Positions 1-6,456 of a DNA stretch of 24,000 nucleotides are shown in pieces (the stretch's first letter is position 1; every line of letters begins with the position of its first letter). Below the pieces are notes generated by a model. The model did not search any database and had not been told where the DNA came from. It saw only the letters and a program-made list of their open reading frames with translations. This stretch comes from Acaryochloris marina S15 (GTDB lineage: Bacteria > Cyanobacteriota > Cyanobacteriia > Thermosynechococcales > Thermosynechococcaceae): NCBI RefSeq assembly GCF_018336915.1, contig NZ_CP064923.1, positions 63,693 through 87,692 of the forward strand, in the 5' to 3' direction. The position numbers and the translations under genes are program-made.

Positions 1-1
1 C

Positions 2-427
2 TTTGAATCAGTGGCATCTGGACAACTCGGCTTTACGAATATGGTCGATTACGGCATTACATTGCCAGAGCTTGCTTCCGGCACAACGCCCCCGCCGCAA
101 GGCGCCCGTTTTGACTTAACCCTTGAGGGGCAACTTACAGGCCCGATTACAGGCAAGATGATTGCTACGGACTATATTAATGTGCGTGCTGACGGCCGAT
201 TTGAACTCAACATGTTTGGGCAAATCACCACCACAGATGGCGCACAGATTTCATTTGAAGGCCATGGGGTATCGGTCCATAAATCTGACGGGACTGAAGG
301 CGTACGTATGTCTGTAAAGCTAGTGACTCAATCCAGTGAGTATGCATGGGTAAACGGCGTTACTTTTATCGCTGAAGGGATTGTTGACTCGGCAGCTAAC
401 ACGTTAGCAATGTCTCTACTCAGATAA
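2..427 (+). CDS. DUF3237-like small beta-barrel protein. The 5' end is at or just beyond the window edge; an in-frame GTG at 11 is a possible start.
   Basis: The frame is open from base 2 to TAA at 425-427. The pattern G-x-F-x-G-x-L-x-G...D-Y...R-x-DG...TDDGA-x-I and the C-terminal YAWVNGVTF resemble DUF3237/UPF0311 proteins. This is recognised by eye only. Confidence 0.5.
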   Translation, partial: FESVASGQLGFTNMVDYGITLPELASGTTPPPQGARFDLTLEGQLTGPITGKMIATDYINVRADGRFELNMFGQITTTDGAQISFEGHGVSVHKSDGTEGVRMSVKLVTQSSEYAWVNGVTFIAEGIVDSAANTLAMSLLR

Positions 428-515
428 GAAAACGTACTGCTGAACGGTGGAGAGACATCTCACGCCAGCCAACTTTTTTTTGACTTAGCTATCAACATAC
501 ATATAGGTCAGCCAA

Positions 516-576
516 GGTTGTTGTCAAGCCGCGACCTCAAACTGCCCAATTCTCGAAGCAGGGGTAGACAACAATC
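516..576 (+). promoter_or_regulatory. Inverted repeat GGTTGTTGTC ... GACAACAATC (8 perfect bp plus G.U plus G-C, 41-nt loop) in the 234-bp leader of the peroxiredoxin-like gene
   Basis: Arms are at 516-525 and 567-576, read directly. The right arm runs into the small palindrome ACAAT-CA-ATTGT (570-581). Confidence 0.3.
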
Positions 577-607
577 AATTGTTCGATTCCCTTTTTCAAT
601 TTACTGC

Positions 608-624
608 GCTGATTTTTTATCAGC
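608..624 (+). promoter_or_regulatory. Perfect 6-bp hairpin or palindrome GCTGAT-TTTTT-ATCAGC, 38 nt upstream of the ATG at 662
   Basis: Read directly. It lies next to TTGACC at 627-632. Function unknown; it could be an operator or a leader structure. Confidence 0.3.
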
Positions 625-661
625 ACTTGACCACACTATTTATCAATTTGGAGACATCACA

Positions 662-1216
662 ATGACTGTAACGACAACTACACCAGCAACAACTTCCGCT
701 ATTCGTTTAGTTCCTGGCAACAACGTCCCTGCGTTGACCATTGATACGCTATCTGGCAATGCTTGGAATCTTGCGGCTCAAACCCCTCGTAACTACACGA
801 TGGTGGTCTTCTATCGGGGATTGCACTGCCCCCTCTGTGCTGAGTACTTAAAGCAGCTGAACAGTAAGCTCAGTCAGTTTCACGATCTCGGTATTGAAGT
901 GATTGCCATTAGTGGTGACACTCGCGAGAAAGCTGCTAATTCATCTGAAACCTGGGGTGTAAAAGATTTGACACTGGGCTATGGCCTCACCCGTGAAGCG
1001 ATGCAGCAGTGGGGGCTTTATGTCTCCAAGGGTGCATTTGACTATGAGCCAGCCTATTTCAATGAACCAGGACTCTTTTTGATTGGCCCTGACGGCGTGC
1101 TTTTCTTCGCGAGTATTAATAACGCGCCCTATGGTCGTACTGACCTAGATGCACTGCTCGGCGGTATGGACTTTGTCTTGAACAACAACTACCCCGTGCG
1201 TGGTACTGAGGTCTAA
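662..1216 (+). CDS. Peroxiredoxin-like thioredoxin-fold protein (AhpC/TSA, PRX_like2 type)
   Basis: VVFYRGLHCPLCAEYLKQL carries a CPLC redox motif in the usual AhpC/TSA context. The ATG at 662 is preceded by GGAGA. The ORF-track TTG start at 518 adds 48 residues that do not look like real protein. Confidence 0.8.
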   Translation: MTVTTTTPATTSAIRLVPGNNVPALTIDTLSGNAWNLAAQTPRNYTMVVFYRGLHCPLCAEYLKQLNSKLSQFHDLGIEVIAISGDTREKAANSSETWGVKDLTLGYGLTREAMQQWGLYVSKGAFDYEPAYFNEPGLFLIGPDGVLFFASINNAPYGRTDLDALLGGMDFVLNNNYPVRGTEV

Positions 1217-1264
1217 AAGAAAGAAAGCTCTTCCCCTATTCCAACAATACAACGGAGAAAAATC

Positions 1265-1516
1265 ATGCCTTTTGTAAATGTTCGCACAACCAAAGGAATG
1301 CTGACTAAGGATCAGAAACAAGAGCTTCAAGAGCGTCTGAACGCCTTAATGGTTGAGATTGAAGGGGGTGGTGACCCAACCTTCAAAGACAAGGTCTGGA
1401 TCATGATTGAGGAGACCGAGCCTGAGGACTGGAATATCGGAGGGGTCACGCTAACCCCTGACATCATCCAAGAACTCAAACGCCAACAGGCTCCCAAAAG
1501 TAAAGGAAAATCCTAG
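1265..1516 (+). CDS. 4-oxalocrotonate tautomerase family enzyme
   Basis: The N-terminus MPFVNV supplies the catalytic Pro-1 after Met removal, and the beta-alpha-beta length pattern fits. GGAG lies 8 nt upstream. The gene is 48 nt downstream of the peroxiredoxin-like gene, so the two are probably co-transcribed. Confidence 0.8.
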   Translation: MPFVNVRTTKGMLTKDQKQELQERLNALMVEIEGGGDPTFKDKVWIMIEETEPEDWNIGGVTLTPDIIQELKRQQAPKSKGKS

Positions 1517-1535
1517 ACTGCACGCTTAAGGATGT

Positions 1536-1543
1536 GCGATCGC
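1536..1543. repeat. HIP1 octamer GCGATCGC (one of 8 perfect copies in the window)
   Basis: Perfect copies were read at 1536, 5692, 7960, 9632, 13130, 17388, 19934 and 23888 (start coordinates). A random 24-kb sequence would be expected to contain fewer than one. Confidence 0.9.
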
Positions 1544-1550
1544 AAAGTAT

Positions 1551-1569
1551 GGGGTAGCGCTTCTACCCC
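1551..1569 (+). other. Stem-loop GGGGTAG-CGCTT-CTACCCC (7-bp stem), 35 nt after the tautomerase stop and 2 nt before the GTG at 1572
   Basis: A perfect inverted repeat, read directly. The same structure recurs at 3852-3870 with a compensatory G-C to U-A change. There is no U-tract immediately after it. Confidence 0.6.
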
Positions 1570-1571
1570 AT

Positions 1572-1721
1572 GTGATTAATTTTGAAATTTCTGGATCTGC
1601 CGCTGTTGCAAAGGTTGAATTTATTAACTGGGGCGGCTTCCGAGACTTCTCTGTCCTCTACAAGCACAACGGAGAATGGAAAATCAGCGGCCAGGTCTTC
1701 GATGCTCATACCCAAAACTAA
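1572..1721 (+). pseudogene. Relic of the C-terminal third of a lumazine-binding-type NTF2-like protein (49 codons, GTG start, TAA stop). It may persist as a mini-ORF.
   Basis: The translation is VINFEISGSAAVAKVEFINWGGFRDFSVLYKHNGEWKISGQVFDAHTQN. It aligns residue-for-residue with the C-terminus of the intact paralog at 4959-5423 (VLHIQTVDGRIATALFRYTDEFYDAFTLLKHDGQWKIASKAF). The N-terminal two thirds of the fold are missing. Confidence 0.6.
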
Positions 1722-1870
1722 GTTTTCTCTATCCACTGCCTCTAAGTCGCGCAGTCTAAACCGTAGATAACATTGACTTTGTATTGGTGCCAGACGCGTA
1801 AACGAGCATTCCAAATAGTCAAGCGCACTCGAAATAACAACCTAACTCAACACCCTAACCAGGAAAAAAG

Positions 1871-2563
1871 ATGACTTACGACAACGTGTTTAAAAAATGG
1901 CCTGCACAGCACCCTGAGAGAATTCAGCTGTATTCTCTCGGAACGCCCAACGGTCAAAAAATTTCCATTGCGCTAGAAGAAATGGCCCTGCCCTATGAGG
2001 CCCATCGCATTGAGATTATGAAAGATGACCAGTTCACCGATGAGTTCATTGCCATTAACCCCAATTCCAAAATCCCAGCCATCATCGATCCAAATGGGCC
2101 AAACAATGAACCTTTTGCTGTCTTCGAGTCCGGTGCCATTTTGATGTATCTGGCAGAGAAGTCAGGGAAATTTCTCCCCACCGATCCGGCAGCCCGCAGT
2201 GAGTGTTTGCAATGGTTGTTTTTCCAAATGGGAGGTGTCGGCCCCATGTTTGGACAGTTTGGACATTTCCACACGTTTGCCAAGGAAAAAGTTCCCTATG
2301 CCATTGAGCGCTATCGCAACGAAGCTCGACGGTTGTTAACCGTCCTGGATAAGCAACTATCAGAAAAACCTTTTCTCATAGGAGACGCGTATTCCATTGC
2401 AGATATGGCGACATTTCCTTGGGTAGGCACATTGGATTGGGCTTACAAAGCAGCTGAATCGTTGCAGCTTCACCAAGACTTTCCGAATGTTATGACCTGG
2501 TATGAGCGCTGTCGGCAACGGCCTGCGGCGGTTCGTGGACTAGCCGTAACGAAAATCAATTAA
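1871..2563 (+). CDS. Nu-class glutathione S-transferase (YghU/YfcG-like)
   Basis: IQLYSLGTPNGQKISIALEE, NPNSKIPAI and FESGAILMYLAEK closely match the E. coli YghU/YfcG signature regions recalled from memory. Confidence 0.9.
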   Translation: MTYDNVFKKWPAQHPERIQLYSLGTPNGQKISIALEEMALPYEAHRIEIMKDDQFTDEFIAINPNSKIPAIIDPNGPNNEPFAVFESGAILMYLAEKSGKFLPTDPAARSECLQWLFFQMGGVGPMFGQFGHFHTFAKEKVPYAIERYRNEARRLLTVLDKQLSEKPFLIGDAYSIADMATFPWVGTLDWAYKAAESLQLHQDFPNVMTWYERCRQRPAAVRGLAVTKIN

Positions 2564-2593
2564 CAACGAACTGATTGAGCACGCTGTAAATTC

Positions 2594-2668
2594 GCTCTAA
2601 TCAATCATCGGATGGCACTCCTAATCCTTGCAGAGCTTTGACTCTATACTCAAGCTCGAATCAATCAC
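2594..2668 (+). promoter_or_regulatory. Two copies of GCTC-K-AATCAATCA-Y exactly 60 bp apart, bracketing TTGACT (2638-2643) and TATACT (2645-2650) upstream of the OYE gene
   Basis: The copies are at 2594-2608 and 2654-2668, with 13 of 15 identical and an exact 9-mer core. Read directly. Confidence 0.3.
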
Positions 2669-2697
2669 TTGTTCATTTATTTAACCCACGGACTCCC

Positions 2698-3810
2698 ATG
2701 ACTCAAACGAACGTTCCTCATCTTCTTAGTTCTCTAGAAACAAAAGATCTAACCTTTCGAAATCGGATTGTGATGGCCCCGCTGACTCGTTCTCGATCGG
2801 GTGCGGAAAGAATACCAAACGCGCTGATGGCTGAGTACTATGCTCAGCGGGCTGGAGCGGGCCTCATCATTACAGAAGGTACTACCATCTCACCCCAGGC
2901 GAACGGTTGGCTCAATTCTCCCGGTATCTATACAGAAGCCCAAACCCAAGCCTGGAAGCAGGTTGTAGATGCGGTACATGCCCAAAATGGGTTGATCTTT
3001 TTGCAGCTTTGGCACACGGGTCGAGCGTCTCATCGTGACTTTCAAGTGAATAATCAACTTCCAGTGGGGCCATCAGCAGTCGGATTAGAAGGCTCAGAGG
3101 TACATACTCCCAAGGGGAAACAACTCTACGAGACCCCGAGGGCATTAGAGACTGCCGAAATCCCTAACGTGATCGAGGACTACCGACAAGCCGCTGCTAA
3201 CGCTAAGCAAGCGGGCTTTGATGGCGTAGAGATCCATGGGGCCAATGGCTATTTGATTGACGAATTTCTACAGTCTAAGACCAATCACCGCACAGATCTG
3301 TATGGCGGTAGTTTAGAGAATCGCTTTCGGTTCTTAAAAGAAATCACTGAAGCGGTTCTGACTGTTTGGCCTGCTAGTCGTGTCGGAGTCAGGCTCTCGC
3401 CCAATGGCGTCTTCAACGATATGGGATCACCCGATTATCGGGAGACCTTTACTTATGTTGCTGAGCAGCTTAATACTTACAACCTAGGCTATTTGCATAT
3501 CCTTGACGGTTTAGCGTTTGGCTTTCATGAGCTTGGAGAGCCAATGACACTGGCTGAAATTAGAAAGGTTTACAGCAATACACTGATGGGGAACTGTGGG
3601 TACGATCGCAATTCAGCAGAGTCTGCAATTGTATCTGGCGATGCGGCTCTGATTGCCTTTGGCCGCTCTTATATCAGCAATCCAGATCTTGTGGATCGTT
3701 TTGCCCATAATTGGGAGCTGAATGCTGACTCTGATCCATCTACCTGGTACTCCTTTGAGGCTGAAGGATATACCGACTTCCCGACCTATCAAGTCTCTCA
3801 GGTTGTTTGA
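2698..3810 (+). CDS. Old Yellow Enzyme family NAD(P)H:flavin oxidoreductase / alkene reductase (NemA-like)
   Basis: FRNRIVMAPLTR, HGANGYLIDEFL and RTDLYGGSLENRFRFLKEI are classic OYE motifs. The ATG at 2698 is preferred over the ORF-track TTG at 2638, which sits in a promoter-like hexamer. Confidence 0.9.
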   Translation: MTQTNVPHLLSSLETKDLTFRNRIVMAPLTRSRSGAERIPNALMAEYYAQRAGAGLIITEGTTISPQANGWLNSPGIYTEAQTQAWKQVVDAVHAQNGLIFLQLWHTGRASHRDFQVNNQLPVGPSAVGLEGSEVHTPKGKQLYETPRALETAEIPNVIEDYRQAAANAKQAGFDGVEIHGANGYLIDEFLQSKTNHRTDLYGGSLENRFRFLKEITEAVLTVWPASRVGVRLSPNGVFNDMGSPDYRETFTYVAEQLNTYNLGYLHILDGLAFGFHELGEPMTLAEIRKVYSNTLMGNCGYDRNSAESAIVSGDAALIAFGRSYISNPDLVDRFAHNWELNADSDPSTWYSFEAEGYTDFPTYQVSQVV

Positions 3811-3830
3811 CTTGAGCCATAGCATTTTTT

Positions 3831-3890
3831 GGATGTGCTTTAGCAACGTGTTGGGTAGCCCTTCTACCTAACGTGATTAATTCTGAAATA
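3831..3890 (+). repeat. 60-nt junction module, copy B. It is truncated after the first 6 codons of the NTF2 relic. Its stem-loop is at 3852-3870.
   Basis: Gap-free alignment to 1530-1589. The stem TGGGTAG/CTACCTA keeps pairing through U-A and G.U replacements. The GTG at 3873 is at the same offset (42 nt) from GGATGTGC as in copy A. Confidence 0.85.
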
Positions 3891-3911
3891 AAGAGATTAG
3901 CAATGGCAAAT

Positions 3912-4874
3912 ATGCAAGCAGCTGTGTTGACGGCATTGGGTGGTCCCGAAGGGTTTGAGATCCAGCAGATCCCCAAACCTGTACCAAAAGCCAATCAGAT
4001 CTTAGTCCGCGTCTATGCAACGTCTATCAATCCTGTTGATTATCAAACCCGTCGGGGTGACTATAAAGACTATGTGCAACTCCCAGCAGTTATTGGTCTT
4101 GATGTGTCTGGGGTTGTTGAGGCCGTGGGAGAAACCGTAACCGCCTTTAAGCCAGGAGATGAAGTCTATTACGCGCCTAGAATTTTTGAAGATGCGGGTA
4201 GCTATGCTCAATACAATGTTGTTGATGAGAGCCTGGTTGCGATTAAGCCCAAAAATCTATCCCATACTGAAGCAGCGTGTTTTCCCATAGCAGGTGGAAC
4301 CGCTTGGGAGTCCCTGTTTACTAGGGCAAATCTCCAGGTAGGTGAATCTGTTTTGATTCATGCGGGCGCAGGTGGCGTTGGGTCTTTAGCCATCCAATTA
4401 GCGAAAGCGATAGGTGCCTACGTGTTCACAACCTGTAGCCCTAGAAATCATGATTTGGTTACGAAACTGGGCGCGGACCATGTGATTGACTATACAACGG
4501 AAGACTATGTAGAAGTCATTCAGCGAGAAACAGACAATCAAGGCGTTGATGTCGTCTTTGATACGATTGGCGGCAAGACGATTCAACAAAGTTTCGAGAT
4601 TCTTCGCCCTTATGGTCGCCTTGTTAGCATCGTCGACATTGAAACGCCGCAATCTTTGCTCGCCGCTTGGGATCGAAATCTATCTGTCCATTTTGTTTTT
4701 AACCCAGTTAATTCAGCGAAGCTAGATGCCCTAAGGCAGCTTATTGAACGCGAACAGCTAAAACCAGTTATTGACTCAATCATGCCGTGGCAACAGGTGA
4801 GTCAAGCCATCCAACGATTAGAACAAGGCGGAACAACAGGAAAGATTGTGCTGGATTTTGCTGATGATAATTAG
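3912..4874 (+). CDS. Medium-chain dehydrogenase/reductase, quinone oxidoreductase type (zeta-crystallin-like)
   Basis: The MQAAVL start is typical of MDR enzymes, and HAGAGGVGSLAIQLAK is the nucleotide-binding loop. No structural-zinc Cys cluster is present. Alternative starts are ATG 3903 and the repeat-derived GTG 3873. Confidence 0.85.
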   Translation: MQAAVLTALGGPEGFEIQQIPKPVPKANQILVRVYATSINPVDYQTRRGDYKDYVQLPAVIGLDVSGVVEAVGETVTAFKPGDEVYYAPRIFEDAGSYAQYNVVDESLVAIKPKNLSHTEAACFPIAGGTAWESLFTRANLQVGESVLIHAGAGGVGSLAIQLAKAIGAYVFTTCSPRNHDLVTKLGADHVIDYTTEDYVEVIQRETDNQGVDVVFDTIGGKTIQQSFEILRPYGRLVSIVDIETPQSLLAAWDRNLSVHFVFNPVNSAKLDALRQLIEREQLKPVIDSIMPWQQVSQAIQRLEQGGTTGKIVLDFADDN

Positions 4875-4958
4875 CTTAACAATGCCTGCTGCAACCCTGC
4901 CTGAACTTATACGAGCACGGCATTTTCTATATTTGTCAAAATAGAAGGTACAAAAGTC

Positions 4959-5423
4959 ATGAAAATCAGGCTACTCGTCCTAGCAGGCCTATTGTTTGCA
5001 GCTATGCTTTTGCCCATCACTGCGAGCAATGCCCATACTGTAAAGAGGTTGAAAGATCGCGACGCTGTAGCGATTGAAACAGTAATTTTCGATTATTTTG
5101 AAGGAAACGGTACAGCAGATCGAGATCGGCTTGGCGCTGCTTTCCATGAAGACCTCGCCGTAATGGTAGGTATCATTAAGTCAGAGAATGGAACTCTCGA
5201 ACGTCGTGCCTGGCACGATATGCCCGCTCTGCTAGATGCATGGGCAGCGGTCGAGAATCCTCCTGGTACGGGACGGGACGGCGAAGTTCTGCACATTCAA
5301 ACAGTCGATGGACGGATCGCAACTGCCCTCTTTCGCTACACAGATGAATTTTATGATGCCTTTACATTGCTAAAGCACGATGGCCAATGGAAGATCGCTA
5401 GCAAGGCATTCATCGAACAATAA
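4959..5423 (+). CDS. Exported NTF2-like protein, putative lumazine-binding family (PF12893-like)
   Basis: The N-terminus MKIRLLVLAGLLFAAMLLPITASNA-HT looks like a Sec signal peptide. YFEGNGTADRDRLGAAFHEDL and the C-terminal LLKHDGQWKIASKAF fit the family pattern. GAAGG lies upstream of the ATG. Confidence 0.7.
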   Translation: MKIRLLVLAGLLFAAMLLPITASNAHTVKRLKDRDAVAIETVIFDYFEGNGTADRDRLGAAFHEDLAVMVGIIKSENGTLERRAWHDMPALLDAWAAVENPPGTGRDGEVLHIQTVDGRIATALFRYTDEFYDAFTLLKHDGQWKIASKAFIEQ

Positions 5424-5460
5424 ATTTCAATCGAATAGAAAATGTAATTGGAGAATGATC

Positions 5461-6204
5461 ATGTCTCAAAATATTGATGGGAAAGTCGTTGTTATTACTG
5501 GTGCCAGCAGTGGCCTAGGAGAATCAACAGCTCGTCATTTAGCCTCGTTGGGCGCGAAGGTCGTGTTGGGAGCACGCCGCACAGAGAAATTAGAACGCAT
5601 CACCCAAGAGATCCGCGACAGTGGGGGACAGGCTGAATTTTTGACCACAGATGTTACCGTTGCTAGCGATTTAAAGGCACTCGTTGAGAAAGCGATCGCA
5701 GCTTTCGGTCAAGTCGATGTCATTATCAACAATGCTGGATTGATGGCGATTGCTCCCATGTCAGAGACGAAAACTGACGAATGGGATCGCATGATTGATA
5801 TCAACATTAAAGGCGTTCTATACGGTATTGCAGCGGCCTTACCCATCTTTGAAAGACAGGGCAGTGGACACTTTATCAACATTTCTTCTGTTGCTGGAGT
5901 GAAGGTATTTAGTCCCGGTGGTGCGGTCTACAGTGGCACTAAATTTGCTGTGAGAGCAATTTCTGAAGGATTAAGGCATGAAGTGGGTGGCAAGATCAGA
6001 ACAACCACTATTGAGCCAGGTGCTGTAGATTCTGATCTAAAACACGGTAGTTCACATCAGGAAAGCTCGGACTTTGTGAAAGATTTTTATCAGATTGCAA
6101 TTCCTGCTGACTCTGTTGCGCGTGCTATTGCCTACGCCATTGAACAACCTGCAGATATAGATATCAATGAGCTTGTCTTACGGCCAACCGTACAAGATTT
6201 CTAA
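5461..6204 (+). CDS. Short-chain dehydrogenase/reductase (classical SDR)
   Basis: TGASSGLG (TGxxxGxG), NNAG and YSGTKFAV (YxxxK) are present. The ATG at 5461 is 7 nt after GGAGA. The ORF-track start at 5380 overlaps the upstream gene and is not credible. Confidence 0.9.
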   Translation: MSQNIDGKVVVITGASSGLGESTARHLASLGAKVVLGARRTEKLERITQEIRDSGGQAEFLTTDVTVASDLKALVEKAIAAFGQVDVIINNAGLMAIAPMSETKTDEWDRMIDINIKGVLYGIAAALPIFERQGSGHFINISSVAGVKVFSPGGAVYSGTKFAVRAISEGLRHEVGGKIRTTTIEPGAVDSDLKHGSSHQESSDFVKDFYQIAIPADSVARAIAYAIEQPADIDINELVLRPTVQDF

Positions 6205-6209
6205 ACCGG

Positions 6210-6229
6210 TTCTAGTTTGAGAACTAGAA
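6210..6229 (+). other. Stem-loop TTCTAGTT-TGAG-AACTAGAA (8-bp perfect stem), 5 nt after the SDR stop and directly abutting NTF2 relic C
   Basis: Read directly. It occupies the same position relative to the relic as the stem-loops of copies A and B, but with an unrelated stem sequence. Confidence 0.55.
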
Positions 6230-6421
6230 GTAGATGACAGTTTGCATTTTTTTAGCGACTTTATCTACATCTGCAGGTTGGCTCAGTATGTGCTTTCTCA
6301 AAAGCCAACCTAAAAAACTAACTGGGATAGCTTCCACTTCATAGACTTCTTTGTTCTCTACAAGCACTGCAGCCAGCGGGAAATCAGTGGTAAGGCCTAC
6401 GAGTCTCACACCCAAAACTAA
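6230..6421 (+). pseudogene. Decayed relic of the same NTF2-like 3' fragment (copy C), with an in-frame TAA at 6311-6313
   Basis: The translation is VDDSLHFFSDFIYICRLAQYVLSQKPT*KTNWDSFHFIDFFVLYKHCSQREISGKAYESHTQN*. Its last 28 codons align gap-free to 1638-1721 (64 of 84 nt by hand count). The conserved GEWKI has become SQREI. Confidence 0.6.
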
Positions 6422-6456
6422 GTTTTATCTATCTACTATTTCTAATAGGAGAACCC

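Larger units (their letters stand above)
1530..1589 (+). repeat. 60-nt junction module, copy A (GGATGTGC...stem-loop...GTGATTAATTTTGAAAT)
   Basis: Aligns without gaps to 3831-3890, with 48 of 60 identical by hand count. It contains HIP1 at 1536-1543. Confidence 0.85.

Noticed and set aside
518-661. Long N-terminal extensions given by the ORF track: TTG 518 (peroxiredoxin-like), TTG 2638 (OYE), ATG 5380 (SDR) and TTG 17739 (Uma2)
   Set aside because: The extensions are Arg/Ser-rich or overlap the upstream gene, and they lack family similarity. Internal ATGs with GGAG-type ribosome-binding sites (662, 5461) or family-typical N-termini (2698, 17790) are better starts.
1551-1569. Calling the recurring stem-loops (1551-1569, 3852-3870, 6210-6229) and the bulged hairpin after the GST gene (about 2573-2610) Rho-independent terminators
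   Set aside because: None is followed by a U-tract, and the downstream genes have short gaps consistent with read-through. They are reported as structures of unknown role instead.
1563-1814. An 83-aa minus-strand ORF and the overlapping 62-aa plus-strand ORF (1582-1770) in the tautomerase-GST gap
   Set aside because: A third frame (1572-1721, +) gives a clean match to the C-terminus of the NTF2-like protein at 4959-5423. The divergence between the two relic copies is codon-aware in that frame. The listed ORFs are frame shadows of the relic.
6224-6415. A 63-aa minus-strand ORF between the SDR gene and adhA
   Set aside because: It is antisense to NTF2 relic copy C. Its similarity to the minus ORF at 1563-1814 simply reflects DNA homology between the two relics.
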